A DNA stretch of 28,431 nt from a virus. Both the position numbers and the translations under genes were made by a program. Of this stretch, positions 8,791-18,521 are shown one piece after another; position 1 is the stretch's first letter; each line of letters opens with the position of its first letter. The stretch lies in IMG/VR virus record IMGVR_UViG_3300025592_000048; one strand, written 5' to 3'. Below the pieces are notes generated by a model that worked only from the letters and a program-made list of their open reading frames with translations, was not told where the DNA came from and did no database searches.

Positions 8791-9549
8791 ATGGATTTAA
8801 ACGCAATCAAAAATCGTCTTAGTCAACTTCAGACTACAAACACTCGAACATCAAATCTTTGGAAACCACAACCAGGTACACAAGTACTTAGAATTGTTCC
8901 TTATAAATTTAATCAGGACAATCCTTTTATTGAGTTGTACTTTCATTATGATTTAGGTGGAAAGAATTATCTTTCACCGATTTCATTTGGTAGACCAGAC
9001 CCTATTGAAGAGTTTGCACAGAAACTAAAATCAACAGGTTCTAAAGAAGACTATCGTCTTGGTAGAAAAGTAGAAGCGAAAATGAGAACTTTTGCTCCAG
9101 TCGTAGTACGTGGTGAAGAGAATCAAGGTGTTAAGTTTTGGGGATTTGGAAAAACAGTTTATCAAGAACTTCTTTCTATAATCGCAGACCCAGACTACGG
9201 TGATATCACAGACTCAGTAAGTGGTCGTGATGTAGCGGTAGAGTTCAAAACAGCTGAAGAGACAGGAAAGAATTTTCCTTCGACATCAATTAGGGTTAAA
9301 CCTAATCAAACTCCGATTACGGAAGACGCAGCTGCATTAGATACTATTAATGAATCACAAAAGAATATTACTGAAATCTATCAGGAACTTTCTTATGATG
9401 ATTTAACTCAAGCTCTTAATGATTATCTTAATGGTGGTTCAACTGAAACTAAAAAAGAAGAAACACCTAAAAAAGAAAAACCAGTAGTAGCAAATACTAA
9501 TAGTACATCAGATACAACAGCAACGTTTGACGACTTATTCAATAACTAA
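8791..9549 (+). CDS. ssb: Single-stranded DNA-binding protein, T4 gp32-like
   Basis: LWKPQPG...LRIVP...PFIELYFHY, KFWGFGKTVY, DITD...GRD, and an acidic tail ending TFDDLFNN; GGAG RBS. Confidence 0.85.
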   Translation: MDLNAIKNRLSQLQTTNTRTSNLWKPQPGTQVLRIVPYKFNQDNPFIELYFHYDLGGKNYLSPISFGRPDPIEEFAQKLKSTGSKEDYRLGRKVEAKMRTFAPVVVRGEENQGVKFWGFGKTVYQELLSIIADPDYGDITDSVSGRDVAVEFKTAEETGKNFPSTSIRVKPNQTPITEDAAALDTINESQKNITEIYQELSYDDLTQALNDYLNGGSTETKKEETPKKEKPVVANTNSTSDTTATFDDLFNN

Positions 9550-9559
9550 ATAAACAAAC

Positions 9560-9629
9560 TATAGTGGGTGGCAGTCTACAGATTGAAGAACTGAGAAGGC
9601 TGTTATTGTACGCCTAACTGCCCACTATA
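9560..9629 (+). ncRNA. Candidate structured RNA element (three-way junction) between ssb and recA
   Basis: TATAGTGGG(TGG)CAGT 9560-9575 pairs with ACTGCCCACTATA 9617-9629 (13 bp, 3-nt bulge), enclosing two short hairpins. No known family recognised. Confidence 0.4.
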
Positions 9630-9644
9630 AATATAGGAGATTCT

Positions 9645-10736
9645 ATGTCAACAAGAGACGAATTGGCTGGTGTTTTAGCTGATACCATTAATAAGCAGTT
9701 CAAAGATATGAAAGTCGCTTATTTCTTAGATGGTACTGATACTACACCTACAGATATAAAAGATTTTATTTCAACCGGTAGTTCTATGTTGGATTTGGCA
9801 ATTGCCAATAAACCCAACGGTGGAATTGCTGTAGGTAGAATTACAGAAATCAATGGGTTAGAATCAAGTGGTAAATCTCTACTTGGAGCTCATATGTTAG
9901 CTGAAACTCAAAAGAAGGGTGGAGTTGCTGTATACGTTGATACAGAAACTGCAGTTAGTAAAGAGTTTTTAGAGTCTATTGGTGTAGACGTAAACAATAT
10001 GTTATATCTACATTTAGAAACAGTAGAAGATATCTTTTCAGCAATAGAAGAGATTGTTGCTAAAGTAAGAGAATCAGATAAAGATAGGTTAGTAACCATT
10101 CTTGTAGATTCACTTGCAGCTGCAACAACTAAAGTAGAGTTAGAAGCTGAGTTTGATAAAGATGGTTGGGCTACAAGTAAAGCAATCATTCTATCAAAAG
10201 CTATGAGAAAGATTACTCAAATGATTGGTAGACAAAAGATTGCTCTTGTGTTTACAAATCAACTCAGACAAAAACTCGGAGTTATGTTCGGAGACCCGTG
10301 GACTACGAGTGGTGGTAAAGCATTACCATTTCACGCATCAACACGTATCAGATTAAAAAATCTTGGTCAAATTAAAGATAAAAAGAATAACAATATTGGT
10401 ATGAAAATGAGAGCTCAAGTCATTAAGAATAGACTTGGACCTCCTATGAGACATGCTGATTTTGAACTTTACTTTGAATCAGGAATTGATGATGATGGTA
10501 GTTGGTTAAAAGTTATGAAAGAACATAACTTAGTGAAACAAGGTGGTGCGTGGTATACCATGGATAATCACGTTGGTAAAGAGCTTAAGTTTCAATCTAA
10601 AGATTGGAGTGAACAACTCAAAGATGTGAAGTTTAGAGAACACTGCTACAACTTAATTTGTGATAAAGTAATTCTTAAATATGAAAAGAATTTCGGTATT
10701 GATGATGTAGTAGTGGAAGAGGAACATAGTGAGTAA
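9645..10736 (+). CDS. recA: RecA/UvsX recombinase
   Basis: Walker A GLESSGKS, YVDTETA, LVDSLAA, FTNQLR, TTSGGKALPFHASTRIRL, IKNRLGPP; AGGAG RBS. Confidence 0.97.
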   Translation: MSTRDELAGVLADTINKQFKDMKVAYFLDGTDTTPTDIKDFISTGSSMLDLAIANKPNGGIAVGRITEINGLESSGKSLLGAHMLAETQKKGGVAVYVDTETAVSKEFLESIGVDVNNMLYLHLETVEDIFSAIEEIVAKVRESDKDRLVTILVDSLAAATTKVELEAEFDKDGWATSKAIILSKAMRKITQMIGRQKIALVFTNQLRQKLGVMFGDPWTTSGGKALPFHASTRIRLKNLGQIKDKKNNNIGMKMRAQVIKNRLGPPMRHADFELYFESGIDDDGSWLKVMKEHNLVKQGGAWYTMDNHVGKELKFQSKDWSEQLKDVKFREHCYNLICDKVILKYEKNFGIDDVVVEEEHSE

Positions 10737-11745
10737 TGAAAAATATCTTTCTATATTCGAAGAGATAAAGAAAAAAGGTGGCTCTTTAGATGACGGTAAA
10801 CCTAACGATAAAGTACTGATAATAGATGGCTTAAATACTTTCATAAGAGTATTTTCAGTTATACCAACTACTAACGATGATGGTATTCACGTTGGTGGAA
10901 TAGTAGGTTTTCTAAGAAGTATTGGTTACACTATAAATATGTTTAGACCTACTCGTGTCATCATAGTATTTGATGGTAAAGGTGGGTCTAAACACCGTCG
11001 TAAACTTTATCCAGACTATAAAGCAAAAAGAAAAACAAAGTATAGAGTAAATCGTTCATATGATTTCGCTTCTCCAGAAGATGAGAAACAAAATATGATT
11101 ATGCAATTGCAACGTATTGTTGAGTATTTAGATAATCTTCCTGTAACTGTAATGTCATACGATAATATTGAAGCTGACGATACTATAGGATATTTATGTA
11201 GACAAGTTCTTACTGAATCTGAAATTACAGTTATGTCTACAGATAAAGATTTTCTTCAATTAGCTAATGGTAGAATAAAAATATGGAGCCCTACTAAAAA
11301 GAAAATATACGATGAACAGGCTGTATTAGATGAATTTGGTATATCATCTCATAATCTTATTTGGTATAGAGTATTAGACGGTGATAAATCAGATAACATA
11401 AAAGGTGTAAAAGGCTTAGGTTTAAAAACTATACAAAAAAAATTGCCGTTTTTGAAAGAAAACCGTATAGTTAATATAGATGAAATTATTACTGAATTAC
11501 CAGAATCAAAAGATGTTATAGAATTAAATTACAAACTAATGCAATTATCAGACGTACACATATCAGCCTCAACAAAAACAAAAATACTTGATAGAACCAG
11601 GCAACCTATTAATAAGTTAATCAAATTTCAATTTCAAAAAATGTTTTTAGAAGATAAGTTATATTCAGCACTTCCAAATCTTGATAGTTGGTTACTTACC
11701 AATTTCAATCAGTTAAATCACTACGCAGAAAAAACATATGAGTGA
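10729..11745 (+). CDS. 5'-3' exonuclease / RNase H (FEN-like, T4 rnh-like)
   Basis: LIIDGLN, VFDGKGG...R...YPDYKAKR, IEADD, STDKDFLQL, LDGDKSDNIKGVKGLG (H3TH). Confidence 0.93.
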   Translation: MSNEKYLSIFEEIKKKGGSLDDGKPNDKVLIIDGLNTFIRVFSVIPTTNDDGIHVGGIVGFLRSIGYTINMFRPTRVIIVFDGKGGSKHRRKLYPDYKAKRKTKYRVNRSYDFASPEDEKQNMIMQLQRIVEYLDNLPVTVMSYDNIEADDTIGYLCRQVLTESEITVMSTDKDFLQLANGRIKIWSPTKKKIYDEQAVLDEFGISSHNLIWYRVLDGDKSDNIKGVKGLGLKTIQKKLPFLKENRIVNIDEIITELPESKDVIELNYKLMQLSDVHISASTKTKILDRTRQPINKLIKFQFQKMFLEDKLYSALPNLDSWLLTNFNQLNHYAEKTYE

Positions 11746-13105
11746 AACTTTAACACAATTCGGAACGTCCTTTCAATCTAAAATTATTGCTGCTTTACTA
11801 AGTGACGTAAAGTTTATACAAACTATTAGTGATATATTAGAACCATCTATGTTTGATTCAGATTCTAATAAGTGGTTAGTTAAAGCTGTACGAGATTATT
11901 ATTATGAGTATAAAAAACAACCTACACTTGAAGTTATTAAATATAAGATAGATGAAATAGACAATGATGTACTTAAATCGGGTGTAGTAGATAAGTTAAG
12001 AGAAGTTTGGAAAAACATAGAAGCTACAGATTTAGAATTTGTACAATCAGAAACACTTGACTTTTGTAAAAATCAAACATTAAAAGGTGCTATACTTGAA
12101 TCTGTTGATTTATTAGAACGACACGATTATGATGGTATAAAATCTATTATAGATGAGGCTATGAAAGCTGGTACTACACGAGATTTAGGACACGATTATA
12201 TTGTATCATTAGAAACACGACTTGCAGAATCAGCCAGAGTAACAGTTAAAACACCGTGGGATGTAGTTAATGATATAATGGATGGTGGTTTAGGTCACGG
12301 TGAACTTGGAGTGATTGTTGCTCCTGCTGGTATTGGTAAATCTTGGACATTACAAGCATTAGGTGCTGGAGCGTTAAAAGAGGGTAAAACGATAATTCAT
12401 TACACTTTAGAGTTAAATGAAAATTATGTCGGTTTACGATATGACTCTATATTTACAGGAGTTACTACTGCTAATATAAAATATTATAAAGACGATGTAC
12501 AAGCTAAATTATCAAAACTTCCAGGTAAATTACTAATCAAGTACTTTCCAACTAAAGGTGCTAGTGTACAAACAATCAGTTCTCATTTAAAACAGATTGA
12601 AATAAGTGGTGATAAACCAGATATGGTAATAGTTGATTATGCTGATATACTAATGCCTACAGGAAACTTTAGAGAGAAGAGACACGCTATAGGAACTATC
12701 TATGAAGATTTAAGAGGGTTAGCTGGTGAATTAGAAATACCAATATGGACAGCTTCTCAAGCTAATCGTTCAGCTCTCGAAGAAGATGTAATTGGGGCTG
12801 ATAAGGTTGCAGAAGATTATAGTAAAGTTATGACTGCTGACTTTGTTATGAGTATGAGTAGAAAAGTAGAAGATAAGATTGCTAATACAGGTAGATTTCA
12901 CGTAATAAAAAATAGATTTGGAATTGATGGTGTTACGTATCCAGCTACAATAAACACAAATATTGGCCAAGTTCAAATATTTGAAGGTAGTAGTCAGTTT
13001 GGAAAAAATGTACAAGGTAAGATGAATAATAGCGAAGAGTTTTTAAGAAAAGAATTGGCAAACAAATATAAAGATATGGAAAAAAATATTGAAGGATTTG
13101 AATAA
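11738..13105 (+). CDS. dnaB: Replicative DNA helicase, DnaB/T4 gp41-like
   Basis: Walker A APAGIGKS, HYTLEL, VIVDYAD, WTASQANR, KNRFG. Confidence 0.93.
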   Translation: MSETLTQFGTSFQSKIIAALLSDVKFIQTISDILEPSMFDSDSNKWLVKAVRDYYYEYKKQPTLEVIKYKIDEIDNDVLKSGVVDKLREVWKNIEATDLEFVQSETLDFCKNQTLKGAILESVDLLERHDYDGIKSIIDEAMKAGTTRDLGHDYIVSLETRLAESARVTVKTPWDVVNDIMDGGLGHGELGVIVAPAGIGKSWTLQALGAGALKEGKTIIHYTLELNENYVGLRYDSIFTGVTTANIKYYKDDVQAKLSKLPGKLLIKYFPTKGASVQTISSHLKQIEISGDKPDMVIVDYADILMPTGNFREKRHAIGTIYEDLRGLAGELEIPIWTASQANRSALEEDVIGADKVAEDYSKVMTADFVMSMSRKVEDKIANTGRFHVIKNRFGIDGVTYPATINTNIGQVQIFEGSSQFGKNVQGKMNNSEEFLRKELANKYKDMEKNIEGFE

Positions 13106-13177
13106 ATCTTAAATTAAGTTTAGTATATATTATATTTATGTTTGTTACGGGAATAAGATTACAAGGAGTTCAGGTTA

Positions 13178-15169
13178 ATGGAAAAATTTAAGTTATCCGA
13201 AAAGTTTATTGATAAATACAAAAGAAAAAAACCACCCTTTGGTTTTAATGGATTAGGTGAATTAGTTTATATGAGAACATATTCTCGTATTAAAGCTGAC
13301 GGTAAAAATGAAAGATGGTGGGAAACAGTACAACGAGTCGTAGAGGGAACATACTCTATGCAAAAACATCATATTGAATCACATCAATTAGGTTGGAATC
13401 CTTGGCAAGGTCAAAAGTCTGCACAAGAAATGTACGAAAGAATTTTTAATATGAAATTCTTACCTCCAGGTCGTGGTTTGTGGGCAATGGGAACAGCAAT
13501 CACAGAAGAAAAGAAATTATATGCAGCTCTAAATAATTGTGCATTCGTATCAACAAAAACACTAAAAGAAGATTATGCTAAACCATTCTGTTTTCTAATG
13601 GATGCATCAATGTTAGGTGTAGGAGTAGGATTCGATACCAAAGGTGCTGGAGAGATTATAGTAAAGGGTGTAAATAGAGATAGAAACGAAGAAATTTATA
13701 TGATACCTGATACTCGTGAAGGTTGGGTTGAATCACTTCGTTTATTATTAGAGAGTTACTTTCTCGGAACTGCTCACGTAGAGTTTGATTATAATCAAAT
13801 AAGACTTGAAGGAGAACCGATTAAAGGTTTCGGTGGTGTAAGTTCAGGACCTGAACCTCTAAAAGAAGTCCACGAAGACATTAGAAATGTATTAGAAAAC
13901 AATTCAGGAAATCCAATAACAATAACAACAATTGTAGATATAATGAATCTGATTGGTAAATGTGTTGTAGCAGGTAATGTCAGACGAACAGCAGAAATTG
14001 TATTCGGTGAACCAGATAACGAAGAATACTTAGATTTAAAGAATTATAAAGTAAATCCACATAGAGACCAATTTGGTTGGACATCAAACAATTCAGTATT
14101 TGCAGAACTTGGTATGGATTATACTGATATATGTAAAAGAATTAATAATAATGGAGAACCCGGATTAGCTTGGTTAGAAAATATGAGACACTACTCAAGA
14201 ATGAAAAATGGTGGTGATAATAAAGACCATAGAGTAGCTGGTGGTAATCCTTGTCTTGAACAATCACTTGAATCATATGAGTTATGTTGTTTAGTAGAGA
14301 CGTTTCCAAACAATCACGATTCATTAGAGGATTATCAGAGGACATTAAAGTATGCTTATCTGTACGCCAAAACTGTAACACTTGGTAGAACACATTGGTC
14401 AGATACTAACAGAGTTATGTTAAGAAATAGACGGATTGGATGTTCAGTAAGTGGTGTTGCTCAGTTTATAACAAATTGTGGATTAAATGAATTACAAAAT
14501 TGGTTGGAGACTGGATATGATACAATACAAGAATGGGATAAACAATATAGTGATTGGTTTGCTGTACCAAAATCTATCAAGACTACTTCAGTTAAACCAA
14601 GCGGTACAGTTTCGTTATTGGCTGGCGCTACTCCAGGTTTACATTATCCCGAAAGTCGTTTCTATATTCGAAGAGTAAGATTATCAAATCAATCTGAATT
14701 AGTAGAACCGTTGAAAAAAGCAGGTTATAAGTTAGAACCAGCGTTTGGTTCAGAAGATTCTACTATGGTAGTTGAAGTTCCAGTGGACGTAGGAGAAGGT
14801 ATTAGAACAGCAGCAGAACTATCTATATGGGAACAATTCAGTTTAGCAGCCTTTATGCAGAGACATTGGGCAGACAATCAAGTAAGTTGTACTGCAACAT
14901 TCAATCCAGAAACAGAAGCAGATGAACTACCACACGTTTTAAATTATTTTCAATACAGATTAAAAGGTATATCATTATTACCAAGACACGACTATGGTGC
15001 TTACAAACAAATGCCTTATGAATCAATTAATGAACAAGAATATAATAAACAAGTTAAGAAACTTAGTAAACTTTCATTTGGTGTTATTAAAAATGAGGAA
15101 GCCGAGATAGATAAATTCTGCAACAACGATAGCTGTGAAATGCCTGGAGAAGAAATAAAAAGTACTTGA
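13178..15169 (+). CDS. nrdJ: Class II (adenosylcobalamin-dependent) ribonucleotide reductase, monomeric RTPR type
   Basis: PPGRGLW, NNCAF, VVAGNVRRTA, NPCLEQ..ESYELCCLVE, TSVKPSGTVSLL, and a C-terminal redox pair CNNDSC. Confidence 0.93.
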   Translation: MEKFKLSEKFIDKYKRKKPPFGFNGLGELVYMRTYSRIKADGKNERWWETVQRVVEGTYSMQKHHIESHQLGWNPWQGQKSAQEMYERIFNMKFLPPGRGLWAMGTAITEEKKLYAALNNCAFVSTKTLKEDYAKPFCFLMDASMLGVGVGFDTKGAGEIIVKGVNRDRNEEIYMIPDTREGWVESLRLLLESYFLGTAHVEFDYNQIRLEGEPIKGFGGVSSGPEPLKEVHEDIRNVLENNSGNPITITTIVDIMNLIGKCVVAGNVRRTAEIVFGEPDNEEYLDLKNYKVNPHRDQFGWTSNNSVFAELGMDYTDICKRINNNGEPGLAWLENMRHYSRMKNGGDNKDHRVAGGNPCLEQSLESYELCCLVETFPNNHDSLEDYQRTLKYAYLYAKTVTLGRTHWSDTNRVMLRNRRIGCSVSGVAQFITNCGLNELQNWLETGYDTIQEWDKQYSDWFAVPKSIKTTSVKPSGTVSLLAGATPGLHYPESRFYIRRVRLSNQSELVEPLKKAGYKLEPAFGSEDSTMVVEVPVDVGEGIRTAAELSIWEQFSLAAFMQRHWADNQVSCTATFNPETEADELPHVLNYFQYRLKGISLLPRHDYGAYKQMPYESINEQEYNKQVKKLSKLSFGVIKNEEAEIDKFCNNDSCEMPGEEIKST

Positions 15170-15195
15170 CTTGTATGCGATTTTATTCGTATATT
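15165..15195 (+). promoter_or_regulatory. Sigma70-like promoter (TTGACT-N18-TATATT) with internal dyad, copy 1, upstream of polB
   Basis: CTTGACTTGTATGCGATTTTATTCGTATATT; 30/31 identical to 20318-20348. Confidence 0.75.
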
Positions 15196-15227
15196 CTTAT
15201 AACAAAAATCGAGGTTTTATAACATAA

Positions 15228-17726
15228 ATGTATCAGGCCATCTATTACGATAGAAAATCAAATACAATGAATGTTTGGGATGACAAATTTGGTCATCAAA
15301 CATTCCGTTATAAGAAATATGCTTATGTTAAAAACAAAGCAGGAACTTATATATCATTATATGGTGATAAACTAAAACGAGTTACAGATTGGGATAAAGA
15401 CCAACCAGAACTATTTGAATCAGATGTCAATCCTGAAATCAGAGTATTAGTAGATAACTATACAGATTCAGATGATGTATCAGTAGGTCATCGTACAATG
15501 ATATTTGATATTGAGGTTGAGGTAACTGATGGATTTCCAGATGTAAATAAAGCTGAAAACAAAATAACAGCGATTGGTTTTAATGATTGTCTTCTTGATA
15601 AATATTATTGTTATGTACTTGATGAAGATGGTAAACTAAATGATGATTTTGATGATGATGTTATAGTTGAATCATTTACAAATGAATATGATTTACTACA
15701 TCAATTTTTTATAAAATATAAAGAAATACAACCAACTATACTAACAGGTTGGAATGTTGAATTTTTTGATATAACATACTTGTACAATAGAGCTCAACAA
15801 ATAGTAGGTCAGACTATAGCAAACTTTTTATCACCCATTGGGATTGTTCAATGGAGTGAATTTGTTAAACGATATAAGATAGCTGGTGTTAGTGTTTTAG
15901 ATTATTTAGGTTTATATAAAAGATTTACATTTAGTGAACAACCTTCATATAGATTAGATGCAATAGGTGAATTTGAAATAGGTGAAAAGAAAGTTGCTTA
16001 TGAAGGTACTCTTAATGAGTTATATGAAAATGATTTGAATAAGTTTGTTGAATACAATATTCAAGACGTTAGACTAATTAAGAAACTTGATGATAAGTTA
16101 GATTTTATTGGGATTGCACGTGGTTTAGCTCATCTTGGACACGTTCCATATGAGAATGTATTTATGTCATCGAGATATTTAGAAGGTGCTATTTTAGTAT
16201 ACCTTAAAAAGAATAGTATTGTAGCTCCGAATAAACCTAGAAAATTTGACCATTCAAAATTAGAAAAATTTGTAGGAGCATATGTCCAGGAACCACAGCG
16301 TGGAAAACACGATTGGGTGTATGACTTAGATATAACATCGATGTATCCGTCGTGTATAATGTCTTTAAACATATCTCCTGAGACTAAATTAGGTAAAATA
16401 GAAGGTTGGAATCCTGAAGAGTTTCTTAAAAAAGGTAATAAAAAAACATATTCGATAACACATAATACTAAAGTTTTAGGTAAGTATACTGAAACTGAGT
16501 TGAAAAATATGTTAGATAATGAAGATTTAGGTGTTGCAACAAACGGTGTGATGTATCGTTCAGATAAAAATGGATTATTACCAGCGTTATTAAGAAAATG
16601 GTTTGATGAACGAGTTGAATATCGTAAGCTATCAAAGAAATTTTATGAAGAGGGTGAAATAGCTAAATCAGAATACTTTGATAGAAGACAATATCTACAG
16701 AAAGTTTTGTTAAATAGTTTATATGGAGTTTTAGGTTTACCAACATTTAGATTTTATGATTTAGATAATGCTGAAGCTGTTACATATACAGGTCAATCAT
16801 TAATTAAGTTTACAAAGAAGATAGCAAACTCGTTTTATAATAAAGAACTAGGTGATACGAAAGACCACTGTATCTACATTGATACAGATTCGGTATTCTA
16901 TTCGGCTACACCTCTTGTAGAGAAAAGATTTCCTGAGTTAGATATTAAGAACGTAGATAAGATGTCTAAAGCGATTTTAAAGATTGCAGATGAAGTACAA
17001 ACATATTTAAATCAGAGTTACAATTATTTTGCAAAGAAGTTCTGTAATTTAGATAAACATAGATTTGATATTAAACAAGAAGTTATTGCAAAGAGTGGTC
17101 TATTCGTAACTAAGAAAAGATATGGATTAAAAATTATCAACGACAATGGTAAGAAAGTTGATAAGATGATGGTAAAAGGATTAGATACAGTTCGTTCAAG
17201 TTTCCCTACAGCTATGAGAACAATGCTATCTAAAGTATTAGAAGATATTTTAATGGATGTACCTCAACCAAATTTAGATAAGTTTATTGTTAATTTTAAA
17301 AATAGTATGAAACTTATGGAATTTGATAAAATTGCTATACCAACAAGTGTTAAAGGTATTAGTAAATATCACATAAGAGACGGTCAGATATTTAACTCGT
17401 ATAAGTTGGGAACTCCTGTTCACGTTAAGTCATCAATATTTTATAATGATTTTTTAAAGTACAAGAAAATATCAAATAGATATTCTCCAATAGCAAACGG
17501 TGAAAAAATTAAATGGGTTTATTTAAAACAAAATCCATTGGGTTTGAATACAATAGCCTATAAAGGGTATGAAGACCCAATTGAGTTATTAAATTTTATT
17601 CGACAATATATAAATCACGACAAACTTTATAAACAAGCTTTACATAAAAAGATAATGATGTTATATGAAAGTATGAATTGGAGTGAACCAACCGATTCTT
17701 CTAAAACTATAGAAAGATTTTTTTGA
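15228..17726 (+). CDS. polB: Family B DNA polymerase (gp43-like) with proofreading exonuclease
   Basis: ExoI FDIE, ExoII GWNVEFFD, ExoIII YNIQD; motif A DLDITSMYPS, motif B KVLLNSLYG, motif C YIDTDS; KKRY; C-terminal KTIERFF. Confidence 0.97.
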   Translation: MYQAIYYDRKSNTMNVWDDKFGHQTFRYKKYAYVKNKAGTYISLYGDKLKRVTDWDKDQPELFESDVNPEIRVLVDNYTDSDDVSVGHRTMIFDIEVEVTDGFPDVNKAENKITAIGFNDCLLDKYYCYVLDEDGKLNDDFDDDVIVESFTNEYDLLHQFFIKYKEIQPTILTGWNVEFFDITYLYNRAQQIVGQTIANFLSPIGIVQWSEFVKRYKIAGVSVLDYLGLYKRFTFSEQPSYRLDAIGEFEIGEKKVAYEGTLNELYENDLNKFVEYNIQDVRLIKKLDDKLDFIGIARGLAHLGHVPYENVFMSSRYLEGAILVYLKKNSIVAPNKPRKFDHSKLEKFVGAYVQEPQRGKHDWVYDLDITSMYPSCIMSLNISPETKLGKIEGWNPEEFLKKGNKKTYSITHNTKVLGKYTETELKNMLDNEDLGVATNGVMYRSDKNGLLPALLRKWFDERVEYRKLSKKFYEEGEIAKSEYFDRRQYLQKVLLNSLYGVLGLPTFRFYDLDNAEAVTYTGQSLIKFTKKIANSFYNKELGDTKDHCIYIDTDSVFYSATPLVEKRFPELDIKNVDKMSKAILKIADEVQTYLNQSYNYFAKKFCNLDKHRFDIKQEVIAKSGLFVTKKRYGLKIINDNGKKVDKMMVKGLDTVRSSFPTAMRTMLSKVLEDILMDVPQPNLDKFIVNFKNSMKLMEFDKIAIPTSVKGISKYHIRDGQIFNSYKLGTPVHVKSSIFYNDFLKYKKISNRYSPIANGEKIKWVYLKQNPLGLNTIAYKGYEDPIELLNFIRQYINHDKLYKQALHKKIMMLYESMNWSEPTDSSKTIERFF

Positions 17727-17751
17727 TTTTGAGAAAACAAACTAATATATA
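17723..17751 (+). promoter_or_regulatory. Candidate sigma70-like promoter (TTGATT-N17-TATATA) within an (AT)8 tract, upstream of the clamp gene
   Basis: Hexamer spacing read directly; the AT-rich context makes a chance match possible. Confidence 0.35.
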
Positions 17752-17786
17752 TATATATATGGTTATAAACATTAACAGGAGATGTT

Positions 17787-18521
17787 ATGATAAGTAAACA
17801 AAAACTGGTCCGTTTCATTAATAAGTATTATTTGAACGGCACAGTAGGTTCTGCTGTATTCAACAGCAAAACAAGCAATCAACAATTAAGTACACGATTT
17901 ATTTCAGGAGATAAAAGTCTCTTAGGTGAAGTACATATGGATAAATGGGACTATGAAGACGCTGATATAGGTGTCTATGATACTGAACAATTATTGAAAT
18001 TGATATCAGTTTTAGATGACAATATTGAACTTTCAATAAATAAAACAGGTGATACTGCTTTTTCAATTGGGTTAAATGACGCATATTCAGTAATCACTTA
18101 TATGTTAAGTGATACATCTATCATTAACGAACCACCTCAGATGAAAGTAATTCCTGAATTTGAATTAGCATTAGATGTCACACCACAGTTTATCAGTAAA
18201 TTTATATCTGGTAAGTCAGCGTTAAGTGAAACTGATACATTCACAGTAATTACAGATGAGACAAGTGGTAAGACAAAGTTAGTTATTGGTTACTCTGCAG
18301 TTAATACGAACAGAGTTACAATTCCAGTCACTACTTCAACGTTTGAAAATATAGATAATATTTCATTCAACGCGAACTTATTTAAAGAAGTACTTATTGC
18401 AAATAAAGATTGTGAAAGTGCAACATTACAAGTATCGAGTGAAGGATTAGCTAAGATTAGTTTTAAAATAGATGATTTTACTTCTACATATTGGTTAGTT
18501 GCGGCTAGTGAAGTTGATTGA
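17787..18521 (+). CDS. Sliding clamp (gp45/PCNA-like)
   Basis: 244 aa beta-rich protein between PolB and the clamp loader; ends ATLQVSSEGLAKISFKIDDFTSTYWLVA, typical of clamp C-termini; AGGAG RBS. Confidence 0.75.
   Translation: MISKQKLVRFINKYYLNGTVGSAVFNSKTSNQQLSTRFISGDKSLLGEVHMDKWDYEDADIGVYDTEQLLKLISVLDDNIELSINKTGDTAFSIGLNDAYSVITYMLSDTSIINEPPQMKVIPEFELALDVTPQFISKFISGKSALSETDTFTVITDETSGKTKLVIGYSAVNTNRVTIPVTTSTFENIDNISFNANLFKEVLIANKDCESATLQVSSEGLAKISFKIDDFTSTYWLVAASEVD

Noticed and set aside
9570-9622. Hammerhead ribozyme reading of the ssb-recA element (GUC at 9574-9576, CUGA at 9591-9594, stem II AGGC/GCCT)
   Set aside because: The core is CUGAGAA rather than CUGANGA, the required GAAA after stem II is missing (CCUAAC), and stem I cannot form.
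9645-17726. Inteins or self-splicing introns in recA, helicase, nrdJ or polB
   Set aside because: ORFs are uninterrupted, of normal length, with contiguous motifs and no intein termini or LAGLIDADG/HNH signatures.
17745-17760. (AT)8 microsatellite as a phase-variation switch
   Set aside because: Short, intergenic and expected in AT-rich promoter DNA; no read-level evidence of length variation is available.
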